Of a DNA stretch of 64,000 bases, positions 50,263 through 60,155 are shown piece by piece. Origin of the DNA: Candidatus Babeliales bacterium (GTDB taxonomy: Bacteria > Babelota > Babeliae > Babelales > JANWKD01); NCBI GenBank assembly GCA_963762115.1, contig CAVXJH010000006.1, positions 224,001 through 288,000 on the forward strand, given 5' to 3'. Below the pieces are notes generated by a model. That model was not told the origin of the DNA, made no database searches, and worked only from the letters and a program-made list of their open reading frames with translations. Both the position numbers and the translations under genes were made by a program. How positions within the stretch are numbered: position 1 is the stretch's first letter; every line of letters starts with the position of its first letter.

Positions 50263-50638
50263 GAGGTGCCGATCGGTAATTATTATAGTGCTTGATTTTG
50301 TTTACTATTTGTATTAGTATATTACTAAAGATATTTTAAAACTATACCATTTTTTAGAGGTATTTATATGTTTATCCTACAATTTCCGCTTGTTATCCCC
50401 ACAATTGAGTAATCCCAGCGCACAACATGTGTCCTGGGAAAAGCTGAATTGATTTTATATACAGAACGACTCACGTTCTTCTTATGTATTATTAGATTAT
50501 TCTAATATGCTCTGTATTTCTAATCTATTTCCTACCTTTTCTTAGTCTTCCACACTAATTTTTTTGCAAGCATTTTTACCTAATGCTTGTAGTAGTTTTT
50601 TTTTACTTATTTTTTGAATTTAATGGAAAGGTAATCGT

Positions 50639-51388
50639 ATGTTACCACTTTTACGCATTAGGAATCTTTTTAAGACCTATAAAACAGATAAAGGCACGAT
50701 TGAAGCCCTTAAGAATGTTTCATTTGATATTCATCAAGGAGAGATTTTTGGCCTTCTTGGTGTTAACGGTGCAGGAAAAACAACATTATCATCAATTATT
50801 GCTACGGTTCATCCGGCAACAAAAGGTGAAGTGTTGTATAAAGAATCTTCAATTTATGAAAACATAAACCGTTATCGTCAGCATATTGGATTTTGCCCCC
50901 AAAAACCTAATTTTGAATCAACATTAACGGTTGAAGAAAATTTGATTTTTGCCGGCAGATATTATGGATTATCATCTGAAGAGATCAAAGTTAATGCTCA
51001 ATTTTTTATGGAAAAATTTGAGTTAACGCGTTATGCACAGCACAAGGTTGATGTTTTATCCGGAGGGTATAAACAACGATTGTTGATTGCTCGTGCCTTA
51101 ATGCACAAACCTACTTTGGTGTTGCTTGATGAGCCAACGGTTGCTTTAGATCCTCATATCAGAAGACAACTATGGGATCTTATCAAAAGTCTTAAAGAAA
51201 CGGGAGTAACGGTTATTTTAACAACCCATTATCTTGATGAAGCAGAATATTTAGCTGATAGAGTTTGTATTTTGGATAAAGGCAATGTTGTTTTAATTGA
51301 TACCCCTGAGCATTTGAAAACTCATTATAACAAAGCGAATTTAGAAGAAGTATTTTTAGAACTTATGAAAACAGAGGAACCCCAATGA
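50639..51388 (+). CDS. ABC exporter ATP-binding protein, paralog of 10688-11425
   Basis: GVNGAGKTT, LSGGY and LLDEPT. Confidence 0.92.
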   Translation: MLPLLRIRNLFKTYKTDKGTIEALKNVSFDIHQGEIFGLLGVNGAGKTTLSSIIATVHPATKGEVLYKESSIYENINRYRQHIGFCPQKPNFESTLTVEENLIFAGRYYGLSSEEIKVNAQFFMEKFELTRYAQHKVDVLSGGYKQRLLIARALMHKPTLVLLDEPTVALDPHIRRQLWDLIKSLKETGVTVILTTHYLDEAEYLADRVCILDKGNVVLIDTPEHLKTHYNKANLEEVFLELMKTEEPQ

Positions 51389-52167
51389 AAAAAAGATCAT
51401 TAGCCGTTTTTTGCTGGCTGTTGTGGCAGGAGTTGCGTGTATTTTTCCAGGATTTTTTTGCAAATGCTTTCGATGCAATTCTTTTTCCTGCAGCAATTGT
51501 TGTTGTAAGCAGTTATATTTTACCCCACATGGGTATAGAGGCGAATTATGGTAGTTTTATTTTAGTGGGAACTATGACAAGTATGTGTTTATTTAATGCG
51601 ATTAACAAAGCACAAATTATGGTTGCCGATATGGAAGGGACCAATAGTATTTCCTATCAATTGGCGTTACCATTACCTGCATGGTTATTATTCATTAAGG
51701 TTGGCATAGGTTTTGCACTAACATCATTATTTTTGAATATTTTTACCTTGCCGATTGGTAAAGTATTATTGGGAAGTTTATTTAGTTTGCAACATCTTTC
51801 TTTTGTTAAACTTTTTGTAGTTTTTATTACCATAAACATCTTTTTTGGTTTTTATGGCTTATGGATTGCAAGTTGGGTAAAAAAGAGCATGAACTTTCCT
51901 CATATTTGGATGAGATTTGTGCTTATTTTATGGACTTTTGGGTGTTATCAATACTCATGGATGATTTTGCATAAAGCGTATCCCTTTTGGAGTTATGTTT
52001 CATTGCTTAATCCAATGATTTATGCGTTTGAAGCATCGCGTGTTGCGGTGTTAGGGCAAGATGGATTACTGCATTTCTGGTTTTGTATTGGTATGCTTTG
52101 GTTGTTTATTATTATTTTTTATGGCCATGCTTTAAAAAAATTTAAAAAACGACTTGATTACGTTTAA
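51385..52167 (+). CDS. ABC-2 type exporter permease, paralog of 9874-10659
   Basis: ATGA overlap with the ATPase gene; NPMIY motif; KRLDYV end. Confidence 0.88.
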   Translation: MKKRSLAVFCWLLWQELRVFFQDFFANAFDAILFPAAIVVVSSYILPHMGIEANYGSFILVGTMTSMCLFNAINKAQIMVADMEGTNSISYQLALPLPAWLLFIKVGIGFALTSLFLNIFTLPIGKVLLGSLFSLQHLSFVKLFVVFITINIFFGFYGLWIASWVKKSMNFPHIWMRFVLILWTFGCYQYSWMILHKAYPFWSYVSLLNPMIYAFEASRVAVLGQDGLLHFWFCIGMLWLFIIIFYGHALKKFKKRLDYV

Positions 52168-52177
52168 ACAAAAAAAA

Positions 52178-52213
52178 TGCGCTGAATGTATATTTTTATA
52201 TGCATTCAGCGCA
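52178..52213. terminator. Hairpin after the ABC-2 permease gene
   Basis: TGCGCTGAATG...CATTCAGCGCA inverted repeat. Confidence 0.55.
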
Positions 52214-52250
52214 GCAAGATAATAATCTTACTTATTTTTAAGGAAACATT

Positions 52251-53033
52251 ATGATTAAAAGATTACTTTTATTGAATATTGGTATTGTATCAATTTGTTT
52301 TTCAATGTTGGGTATGGAACAACAAGGGGAAAATAACCTGGCATTAGTTCTCTTGAATGGAGCATCATGTGCAGGAAAAACTTCATTGGCAAAGGCATTG
52401 GTTAGTGCATTGAAAAAAGAGGGAAAAAACAATGTTGTGCATATGAGTTTTGATGATACTGTTAAAACAGAATCTATGTGGATTGAATCTTCTGGACGAA
52501 GTTTCATTCAACATTACGAACAAAAGAATCAAGCATCAATGCCTAAACAAACACAATTTTTATTCACGGTATTTCATCATCAGATTTTGGAAAGTATGAA
52601 AAAAGGGAATCTAGTAATTGCTGACCATTGTTTTATGCAATTTAAAGGGTTTTTAGATTTTTTAAATATGTTTGAAAATAAGCCTCAGAATATTGCACTT
52701 GTAAAAGTTTTTTGTTCATATGAAGCTGCACAAAAGCGATTTGAGGAAAGAAATCGATCGAGAGATATAGCTCAGCACAGAACGGAAAGATCTTTTGCTC
52801 AACATTATGATAAAGTTTCAAAAAATGGAAGATATAACGTGATATATGGCGATAAAGACCATGATTATGAGATAGATACAACTGACATTTCTCCCGAAGA
52901 AGGTGCAGAACAAATATTGTCACATTTAGTTGAAAATGGGAAATGTTCTTTTGATAATGCTTGTTCAAAAAATAATAGTCGCTATCGTCAAGCATTAAGT
53001 ATGCAATACGGTGGCAGATCAATATATGGTTAG
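52251..53033 (+). CDS. Chloramphenicol-phosphotransferase-like P-loop kinase with signal peptide
   Basis: LLNGASCAGKTSLA, VIADH and DYEIDTTDISPEE. Confidence 0.8.
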   Translation: MIKRLLLLNIGIVSICFSMLGMEQQGENNLALVLLNGASCAGKTSLAKALVSALKKEGKNNVVHMSFDDTVKTESMWIESSGRSFIQHYEQKNQASMPKQTQFLFTVFHHQILESMKKGNLVIADHCFMQFKGFLDFLNMFENKPQNIALVKVFCSYEAAQKRFEERNRSRDIAQHRTERSFAQHYDKVSKNGRYNVIYGDKDHDYEIDTTDISPEEGAEQILSHLVENGKCSFDNACSKNNSRYRQALSMQYGGRSIYG

Positions 53034-53074
53034 TTTTTTTAACGTGAGTCTGACAGGAAAAGATAATTCTGATG

Positions 53075-53173
53075 TGTCATTCTGAGCGCTCCTTGAGTGC
53101 GTAGGAATCCAGGTATAAGGTTTTTCCATTTTATTGACTGGATCACTACGGAACTTCGTTCCTCATGATGACA
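53075..53173. repeat. REP/RPE-like palindromic element, intact
   Basis: TGTCATTCTGAG-hairpin-CGTAGGAATCCAG ... CTGGATCACTACG-hairpin-CTCATGATGACA. Confidence 0.8.
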
Positions 53174-53254
53174 TTCTGTTAAAATGGTGAATTTTGCTTG
53201 TAGAAATTTATATTGCTTAATTGAGCTCACGTTTTTTAGATTATAGTTTGCATG

Positions 53255-53308
53255 ATACAATCTCTTTTTAAAATTATTTTATTAAATGATTTCAAAAAGA
53301 GATTGTAT
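53255..53308. terminator. Inverted repeat downstream of rho
   Basis: ATACAATCTCTTTTT / AAAAAGAGATTGTAT. Confidence 0.55.
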
Positions 53309-53332
53309 TTTTTTTATGTATTTTAGAAAAAG

Positions 53333-54637
53333 TTATGCAGCAGGTGCATTTGATCCTGAGCCAGGTGTTGAAGTGCCATTTTTCTTTTGAATTGATTCAA
53401 AGAATTCAGCATTTGTTTTGTGCTTTTTCATTTTATCAATCAAGAATTCCATGCCTTCAACAGTATTCATGGTTGCTAAGAATTTATGTAAAATCCATGC
53501 TTTATTAAGTTCATCAGGAGGTAAAAGTAGATCTTCTCGACGAGTACCAGAAATTAAAAGTTCAAATGCAGGGAATAAGCGTCGGTTAGAGAGCTTACGA
53601 CTCATATGCATTTCCATGTTGCCTGTTCCTTTGAATTCTTCAAAGATAACTTCATCCATGCGAGAACCGGTTTCAATAAGTGCTGTTGCAATAATGGTTA
53701 ATGAACCACCTTCTTCAGCATTACGAGCAGCACCAAAAAAACGTTTTGGACGTTGTAATGCATTTGCATCAATACCACCAGTAAGGATTTTACCCGATGC
53801 TGGTGCAGTGGTGTTATAAGCGCGGGCAAGGCGAGTTATAGAATCAAGTACAATAACAACATCTTTGCCGACTTCAACCATTCTTTTTGCTTTTTCAAGA
53901 ACGAGTTCTGCAACTTGTACATGTCGTTCTGCAGATTCATCAAAGGTGGAGCTGATTACTTCTGCGTTTTGTCCTTTTATGGAACGGCGCATATCAGCAA
54001 CTTCTTCAGGACGTTCGTCAATAAGAAGTACAATAAGATAAATTTCAGGATGATTAGCTAAAATGCTTTGGGTAATTTCTTTTAATAAGACTGTTTTACC
54101 AGCTTTTGGTGGTGCAACAATCAATCCGCGTTGGCCTTTACCAATTGGTGAAAAAATATCCATAAGGCGCGTTGAAATGAAAGTAGGATTTGCTTCTAAA
54201 TTAAATTTTTTATCAGGATGAAGTGGTGTCAAACGATCAAAAAAGAGTCTGTCACCCAAGGTGGAAGGATCAACAAAATTAACTGAATCTATTTTGAGGA
54301 GTGCAAAATACTTTTCACCTTCTTTAGGCTTGCGTATCACACCAACAACGGTGTCGCCTGTTTTTAAACCAAATCTTCTGATTTGTGATGGTGAAACATA
54401 AATATCGTCGGGTCCAGAAACATAATCAAATTTTGCTGAGCGTAAAAACCCAAAACCATCAGGAAGTTTCTCTAAAACACCTTCCACGGCGAGTTCTTTG
54501 TCAGGATTTTCTTGGAGTTCTTTAATTTTTTGTATGAGCATGTCCTTAGACATTAAAGTTGCTCCAACAACTCCCAGCTTACGAGCATATTGATTTAAAT
54601 CTGCAAGACTCATTTTAGTTAATTCTTGCGTAACCAT
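53333..54637 (-). CDS. rho: Transcription termination factor Rho
   Basis: [27 protein letters not shown] and [10 protein letters not shown]. Confidence 0.98.
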   Translation of the reverse strand: MVTQELTKMSLADLNQYARKLGVVGATLMSKDMLIQKIKELQENPDKELAVEGVLEKLPDGFGFLRSAKFDYVSGPDDIYVSPSQIRRFGLKTGDTVVGVIRKPKEGEKYFALLKIDSVNFVDPSTLGDRLFFDRLTPLHPDKKFNLEANPTFISTRLMDIFSPIGKGQRGLIVAPPKAGKTVLLKEITQSILANHPEIYLIVLLIDERPEEVADMRRSIKGQNAEVISSTFDESAERHVQVAELVLEKAKRMVEVGKDVVIVLDSITRLARAYNTTAPASGKILTGGIDANALQRPKRFFGAARNAEEGGSLTIIATALIETGSRMDEVIFEEFKGTGNMEMHMSRKLSNRRLFPAFELLISGTRREDLLLPPDELNKAWILHKFLATMNTVEGMEFLIDKMKKHKTNAEFFESIQKKNGTSTPGSGSNAPAA

Positions 54638-54977
54638 ATTTTTGGATCTCCTTGGATTGTAGCTATGAAAATATCATAAGATAGCGATAAAAAAACATAT
54701 GATTGATGTTCTTTGCTATGAAAAAAATAGAAAAATTTAACGTAAAAAATTAACAATAACGATAACGAATTTATAAATAAAAAGTGTATATTTTTATTAA
54801 GTAATTTGTAGGAGAGTGTACTTAATAAAGAAAAATTTTATAGAATAACTAATTATATAAGCAAAGTAATTAATTATTAATAGCTTAATTATTTAATAGT
54901 AAAAATGAATCTTTTTATGCAACAATTTAATCTATGTATTTACTATTTTTATGGTAAGTAAGAGTGCTTTGGGAAAC

Positions 54978-55862
54978 TTATTTACCGTCTTTATATAAAG
55001 ATAACATAATGGGACTTGCAATGTAAATGGATGAATAAGTTCCAAAAATAATCCCCATTAAAAGCGCTAGAGATAAATCTCTGAGTGCTTCACCGCCCAA
55101 AATGAATAATGATAAAACAACCAATGCAGTAGAAAAACTGGTCAAAATAGTACGTCGTAACGTCTGATTTATACTCAGATTAACGATGTTATAGATTGAG
55201 GTGTTTTTCATCGTTTTTATGTTTTGGCGAATTTTATTAAATATTACAATAGTATCATTCACTGAATAACCGAGTACCACCAAAATGGCACTTACGATAT
55301 TAACGGAAATTTCTTTATCGAGTAACAAAAAAACACCTAGAATCATTATGGCATCATGAAGAAGCGAAAGAACAGCACCAACACCAAAACTGATTGATAA
55401 GAATCGTAACCATATATATAAAAGCATTAAAATAAGGGCGAGAGTAATTGCATACACTGATTTCCAACGAAGGACTTCACCAACACCGCCACTAACGCTA
55501 TCAATTTTCAAAATAGTAATTGCATTATCATGTAAGTCGTTTTGCAATGCTTTTAACATTGTTTGACCAAGGCCGTCAACATCAGTTGAAACTTCTTTAA
55601 CACGTACTAATATTTCATTATTACTGAAGTCACGCATCACTGGATTATGCCAACCATGTTTTTCTAAAATGTCTTTTATGTTTGCATCAGAAGTATGTTT
55701 TGAAAAACGGAAAAGAAGTTGTGTCCCGCCGGTAAAATCAACACTATAACTAAATGCATAACCACGAGTTGCTACTCGATAAAAATATATGCCGGCAAAG
55801 CTAACACATAATACTATAGATAACAAAGCGCAAACAAAACGATATTTTAGAAAATCAATCAT
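54978..55862 (-). CDS. secF: Protein translocase subunit SecF
   Basis: VDFTGGT, LLHDA, GYSVNDTIV and GTYSSIYIA; GGAG SD before ATG at 55862. Confidence 0.95.
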   Translation of the reverse strand: MIDFLKYRFVCALLSIVLCVSFAGIYFYRVATRGYAFSYSVDFTGGTQLLFRFSKHTSDANIKDILEKHGWHNPVMRDFSNNEILVRVKEVSTDVDGLGQTMLKALQNDLHDNAITILKIDSVSGGVGEVLRWKSVYAITLALILMLLYIWLRFLSISFGVGAVLSLLHDAIMILGVFLLLDKEISVNIVSAILVVLGYSVNDTIVIFNKIRQNIKTMKNTSIYNIVNLSINQTLRRTILTSFSTALVVLSLFILGGEALRDLSLALLMGIIFGTYSSIYIASPIMLSLYKDGK

Positions 55863-55967
55863 AAAACTCTCCAGGATACGACGAAGGTACATTCACCATC
55901 GCTGCCAATCTAGCACATTTTTAAATTCATTACTTGTCGTTAAAAAATAGTAGGCATTTTTCAGCTG

Positions 55968-56228
55968 TTATGAACGAGCATTAACAATCGAAACGTACCG
56001 TCTACCTTTGCGACCATAATGGAATTTAACAAATCCTGGATTTAAAGCAAATAAAGTATGATCTGAACCCATACCAACTAATTTTCCTGCATGAAAACGA
56101 GTTCCGCGTTGGCGAACGAGAATTTCTCCACCTGTTACTACTTGACCATCAAAGAGTTTCACTCCAAGACGTTTACTTTGGCTATCTCTGCCATTCTGGG
56201 TCGAACCACCCGATTTACTAGTTGCCAT
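55968..56228 (-). CDS. rpmA: 50S ribosomal protein L27
   Basis: [24 protein letters not shown] and ILVRQRGT. Confidence 0.97.
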   Translation of the reverse strand: MATSKSGGSTQNGRDSQSKRLGVKLFDGQVVTGGEILVRQRGTRFHAGKLVGMGSDHTLFALNPGFVKFHYGRKGRRYVSIVNARS

Positions 56229-56380
56229 TCTAATCCTTTGTAAAAATAGCTTTGTTACTGTTTTTATCAGTAAAAAGCACAAAAAATAGGGGAATTAACT
56301 GATTTATGTATCTTTTTTACTTAAAAATACATATTTAGTATTGCAAAACTCCCTAAAAAGTCAAGGTTATTTCTAGTTGT

Positions 56381-57448
56381 TCAAGCTGATAATTTTAAGG
56401 TTAAGGCATGCAGTTTTTGTGTTAATTCTTGGAGGTCTTGTATTAGCTTAGCTTGTTTTTGTTCTTTTGCTGATGACATGGTTAGTTTTGCTGACCATCG
56501 CAACTTCTTTTTTCCTGTGAGTGTTGTAGGGCGGGTATAAGTTTGTTTTGAATATTTTTTCATTATTGCAATAATTTTTTCATCTTCAATGATTTTTTCT
56601 GCAAGCTCAAGTGGTGATTTGTTTTGTCTAGTCTTTCCGGAAACTAATCGTGATGTTGTGATTATAGTTGGATCTGCTTTAGCTTTTAAAAGTTTTTTAA
56701 TAATTTTTTTCATATCTTCTGAAGGTTTTTCTTGTAAAACGGCTAGGTGTAAAGCAGTAAACCCATCGTTATTTGATATGCTGGGATTTGCACCTGCATT
56801 TAATAATGCTTGGATAACTTCTGGATTATTATTTTCTACGGCAAGTAGTAAGGCTGTATTGCCAAATTTGTTTTGTTGATTAATGAAGGTAATAAATTCA
56901 TCGGGATTTAAAGTCTGGCGGGCTTTTTCAAGTAATGCATTGGTTATAGCAATATTATTGACTGCAAGATGTAAAGAAGAATTGCCGTTTCTGTTAACAA
57001 GAGTAATATTAGCTTCATTGTCTAAAAGATATTGTATAAAATCATTGCGTCCTTCGCTTATCATGAGATGTAAAATTGTTTGTCCTTTTTCATTTTGGAT
57101 ATTAAAGGTGCGTTTGGGAGTATTTTTAAAAAAATCTTCTAATAAGTGTTTTTGCATGTTTGCAGTTGTCTTTTTTATTAGTGGTAGATATTTTTTAAAT
57201 TCATCGGCTGACATTGTATTAATTTCTTCTTCGGTTCTCTTACCAGTAATTTTTTGAGCGACTTTGAGCCAAGTGCTTTCAAGATTTTCTATGAGAGCAT
57301 CTAATTCAGTGATATATGTTTCTTGTATTTGTTTTTTTAATTCTTCTAATTGAGTAGCTAAGGCTTCTTTTCTTTGCATAGACTTTAATTCAAAAAATAG
57401 AAAACCTGGTAAATAGAGTAAATAAACAAATAATATATTTTTTTTCAT
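56381..57448 (-). CDS. Ankyrin repeat protein with signal peptide
   Basis: GQTILHL, GNSSLHLA, GNTALLLA and GFTALHLA. Confidence 0.92.
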   Translation of the reverse strand: MKKNILFVYLLYLPGFLFFELKSMQRKEALATQLEELKKQIQETYITELDALIENLESTWLKVAQKITGKRTEEEINTMSADEFKKYLPLIKKTTANMQKHLLEDFFKNTPKRTFNIQNEKGQTILHLMISEGRNDFIQYLLDNEANITLVNRNGNSSLHLAVNNIAITNALLEKARQTLNPDEFITFINQQNKFGNTALLLAVENNNPEVIQALLNAGANPSISNNDGFTALHLAVLQEKPSEDMKKIIKKLLKAKADPTIITTSRLVSGKTRQNKSPLELAEKIIEDEKIIAIMKKYSKQTYTRPTTLTGKKKLRWSAKLTMSSAKEQKQAKLIQDLQELTQKLHALTLKLSA

Positions 57449-57540
57449 AGTTATATCCTTGATTTTTTAGAATAACTTTATTTAAAACTACTAAGTTAGT
57501 TATTCAAAAAGCAAGAATATGACTAAGTATGACAATAAGT

Positions 57541-58245
57541 TTATTCAACAGAATATTTTTTCTTCCAACAGGCAAGCGCAATAGGAAAATGTGGTAAAGC
57601 AAGACTTAATAATCCATGAGCATATTCTCTGATTTCCTGTTGAGCGCCCTGATGCATGCGTAAACGCATAAAATGCATAAGCGAATGAAGGTTGCAGGTA
57701 AAGATAAATTCAGTGTAAGTGCATAGTGGCAATAAACCGCGTGCTTGTTCGCGTGCAACGCCTTGTTCAAGTAAGAGTTCATATGCTTTGACTGCTTCAT
57801 CAATGCTTTTTTTATAAGCATCGAGAACTAATTGGTTATTAAAAGCGCCTGTGGAACATTGTCTGTTTGTTGCATCTTGATAACGCCAGTGAGAGGGAAC
57901 ATAAAATTCTAAGGGAGCTTTTACATAACGATAACTAATTTCATTATATGAATTCATGCGATGACGCATCCATTGCCGTACAACAAAAAGTGGCGCTTTT
58001 ATGCGAAAAGAAAACTGATTATGTTCAAAAGGGCTGGTGTGATCATGTTCGATCAAATACTTAATTAAGTTTTTGTCACGTTCGCTGACTGTTGTAGCAA
58101 CTTTACCAAATGAAACTCGTGCTGCATTCACAATATCTAAATCCGATCCAGAAACACGAACTAAGGCAATTGAGCTGATGCCATCAGCAAGTGGATCAAG
58201 AGATAAGATTGCTTTTTCTTGTTCAGATGAAACATGTTCTAACAT
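57541..58245 (-). CDS. thyX: FAD-dependent thymidylate synthase
   Basis: HTSPFEH, RQWMRHR..SYNEISYRY and AREQARGLLP. Confidence 0.96.
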   Translation of the reverse strand: MLEHVSSEQEKAILSLDPLADGISSIALVRVSGSDLDIVNAARVSFGKVATTVSERDKNLIKYLIEHDHTSPFEHNQFSFRIKAPLFVVRQWMRHRMNSYNEISYRYVKAPLEFYVPSHWRYQDATNRQCSTGAFNNQLVLDAYKKSIDEAVKAYELLLEQGVAREQARGLLPLCTYTEFIFTCNLHSLMHFMRLRMHQGAQQEIREYAHGLLSLALPHFPIALACWKKKYSVE

Positions 58246-58418
58246 TTGTTATAGTCCTTTCAGCGTTTTGATCTTTTTTTAGTGTATCGTAATTTTTTGA
58301 TAATAAGAATAGTAATTTTTCAACAGTAAAAATAAAATTCTTATTAGAAATAACTATTGAATTTTAATTTATAAATATGGTATTATTAAATATAAATAAT
58401 CATTATACAGGAGAAAAA

Positions 58419-58874
58419 ATGAAGAAATTAGTATATTTAAAGGTATTTGTTGTGTTAGCGATTGTTGGGTCTACGAGTAATGCAGAGCAGAGTATTCAAG
58501 ATTTTAAACCAATTGTATTGAAACAATTGAGTGCTATAAAACAAGCTTTAAACACATTAAATGGCGTAAATCGTGTTCAGATACAAAAGAATTTTGCCGA
58601 TGTTATAGATAAAGCAACTAGTTCAATAAATGATGCATTTGCTGATACTAATAATAGTGCAAAATTTAAAACAGCTCTTGATGCAGTACAGATTTTACAA
58701 AATGATTGGGTTAATCTTTATCAAACAGATCCTGCTGCTGTTAGTAAGACAACTTTTGAATTTAAGATTGCTACCGCAAAAGTACAAAATACTCTTTCGC
58801 AGGCATATGCATTTGTTATGATAAAAAATGGTTTAGATAAACTCTTATATGATGCCTTTGCTGTTGTTCGGTAA
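58419..58874 (+). CDS. Secreted helical hypothetical protein
   Basis: AGGAG SD before ATG at 58419; signal peptide ending SNA. Confidence 0.75.
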   Translation: MKKLVYLKVFVVLAIVGSTSNAEQSIQDFKPIVLKQLSAIKQALNTLNGVNRVQIQKNFADVIDKATSSINDAFADTNNSAKFKTALDAVQILQNDWVNLYQTDPAAVSKTTFEFKIATAKVQNTLSQAYAFVMIKNGLDKLLYDAFAVVR

Positions 58875-58911
58875 GTAAACACTAACAATAATTAAATTTA
58901 TTTTTATAGAT

Positions 58912-58950
58912 AAAAGTGCCTTTTGTTTTAAACAGGGGCACTTTATTTTT
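58912..58950 (+). terminator. Intrinsic terminator
   Basis: AAAGTGCCTTT...GGGGCACTTT followed by a T-run. Confidence 0.65.
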
Positions 58951-58970
58951 GCTGTTTAAAGTTTATTTCG

Positions 58971-59534
58971 TATGACAGAAAACCCCAGGGTTTTAAACCT
59001 GGGGATGAATGTCATCAAATGCGCGAGCGAAGCAAAAATGTAAATTTTTGCGAAGTGAGGTTAGTTTTGTCATACTAATTGACATGACAAAGAAATATTG
59101 GCACGGAGCGCATACAACTCATAGGCATATGTATCATATAGTTTGGTTACCTAAATATAGAAAAAAAGTATTAGAAGGCAAAGTTAAGAGCAGGTTAGAA
59201 GAACTTTTGCGAGAATGTGCGGAAATTAATGCATGGGAAATTCAAGAACTAAATATTCAGATAGACCATGTGCATCTTGTAATACAATTACCACCAAGTG
59301 TGAGTGTGAGCAAGGCCGTTCAATTACTCAAGGGAATTTCAAGTAAAATGCTCAGAGCTGAATTACCTGAAATAAAGAAATTTTTGTGGGGTAACGATTT
59401 TTGGGCAGATGGATATTTCTCTGAAACATTTGGACAATGTTCAGAAGAGACAATTCTCAATTATGTTAGAAATCAATAAAAAGCTTTCATCTCGTGCTTC
59501 TAAATCCACGGCTTTTAAGCCGTGTGTTGTTTAA
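58971..59534 (+). mobile_element. IS200/IS605-family element, TnpA only; ends approximate
   Basis: Subterminal hairpins CCCCAGG/CCTGGGG (58983-59004) and CACGGCTT/AAGCCGTG (59507-59524). Confidence 0.85.
59084..59479 (+). CDS. tnpA: IS200-family Y1 HUH transposase
   Basis: YHIVWLPKYR, DHVHL (HUH), LKG.SS, W..GYF and YV.NQ. Confidence 0.95.
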   Translation: MTKKYWHGAHTTHRHMYHIVWLPKYRKKVLEGKVKSRLEELLRECAEINAWEIQELNIQIDHVHLVIQLPPSVSVSKAVQLLKGISSKMLRAELPEIKKFLWGNDFWADGYFSETFGQCSEETILNYVRNQ

Positions 59535-59642
59535 TCGAATTTAATATTTTCATAATTTTACGATAAGCTCTTATGCCAATAGTCTTTACGTGGAATAACA
59601 AAAAATTTTATAATTATAGAGTAAAAAAAGAGAGGGTAAGAT

Positions 59643-60155
59643 ATGAAAATTACTTTTATGATAATTACACCAATAATTTTAATAACCATTTTTTTATTTT
59701 CAGCAGAGCTTTTTTCTATGGGAAAAGAACAAAATTGTCTTCTAACTAGGTTAACCAGATCTAAGAGTTGCCCAGAATTCAAAGATATAGTGACCAATGA
59801 AAAAGAAATTGAAGAAAATTTTGAAGATGAGCTTTGGCAATCGATTGCATTTTTATCACAAAGAGTCGATGACCTTGAAAAGCAACAAAGCGACATGTTT
59901 CATTATGAGAAACAAACTCGACAATTAATTTTGGGAGTTTTAACTAAAGTTAATATTTTATCTGAAAATGCTATTGCATTGCAAGGGTATTATATTGATT
60001 TTCAAAAAGCTACTTTACAGAAAGAAAAAAAACGGGAACAGATATTAAAAAAGAAAAAATTTAATTCAATGTCTCCGGTGAATTCATTGCCTTTCCCTGA
60101 AGAAGCATCAATTACTAAAGAAAGACCTAACGATGAAAATAATCTTCCTACTTAG
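59643..60155 (+). CDS. Secreted coiled-coil hypothetical protein
   Basis: GAGG SD; hydrophobic N-terminus; 8-bp convergent overlap with polA. Confidence 0.65.
   Translation: MKITFMIITPIILITIFLFSAELFSMGKEQNCLLTRLTRSKSCPEFKDIVTNEKEIEENFEDELWQSIAFLSQRVDDLEKQQSDMFHYEKQTRQLILGVLTKVNILSENAIALQGYYIDFQKATLQKEKKREQILKKKKFNSMSPVNSLPFPEEASITKERPNDENNLPT

Noticed and set aside
53039..53260. 73-aa ORF
   Set aside because: It is a reading through the REP-like palindrome.
54978..56228. secF without secD and rpmA without rplU as a novel arrangement
   Set aside because: Operon break-up is common in rearranged symbiont genomes, and the partners may lie outside the window.
59480..59534. TnpB or omega-RNA module in the IS200 element
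   Set aside because: No tnpB ORF, and under 30 bp between the tnpA stop and the right-end hairpin.
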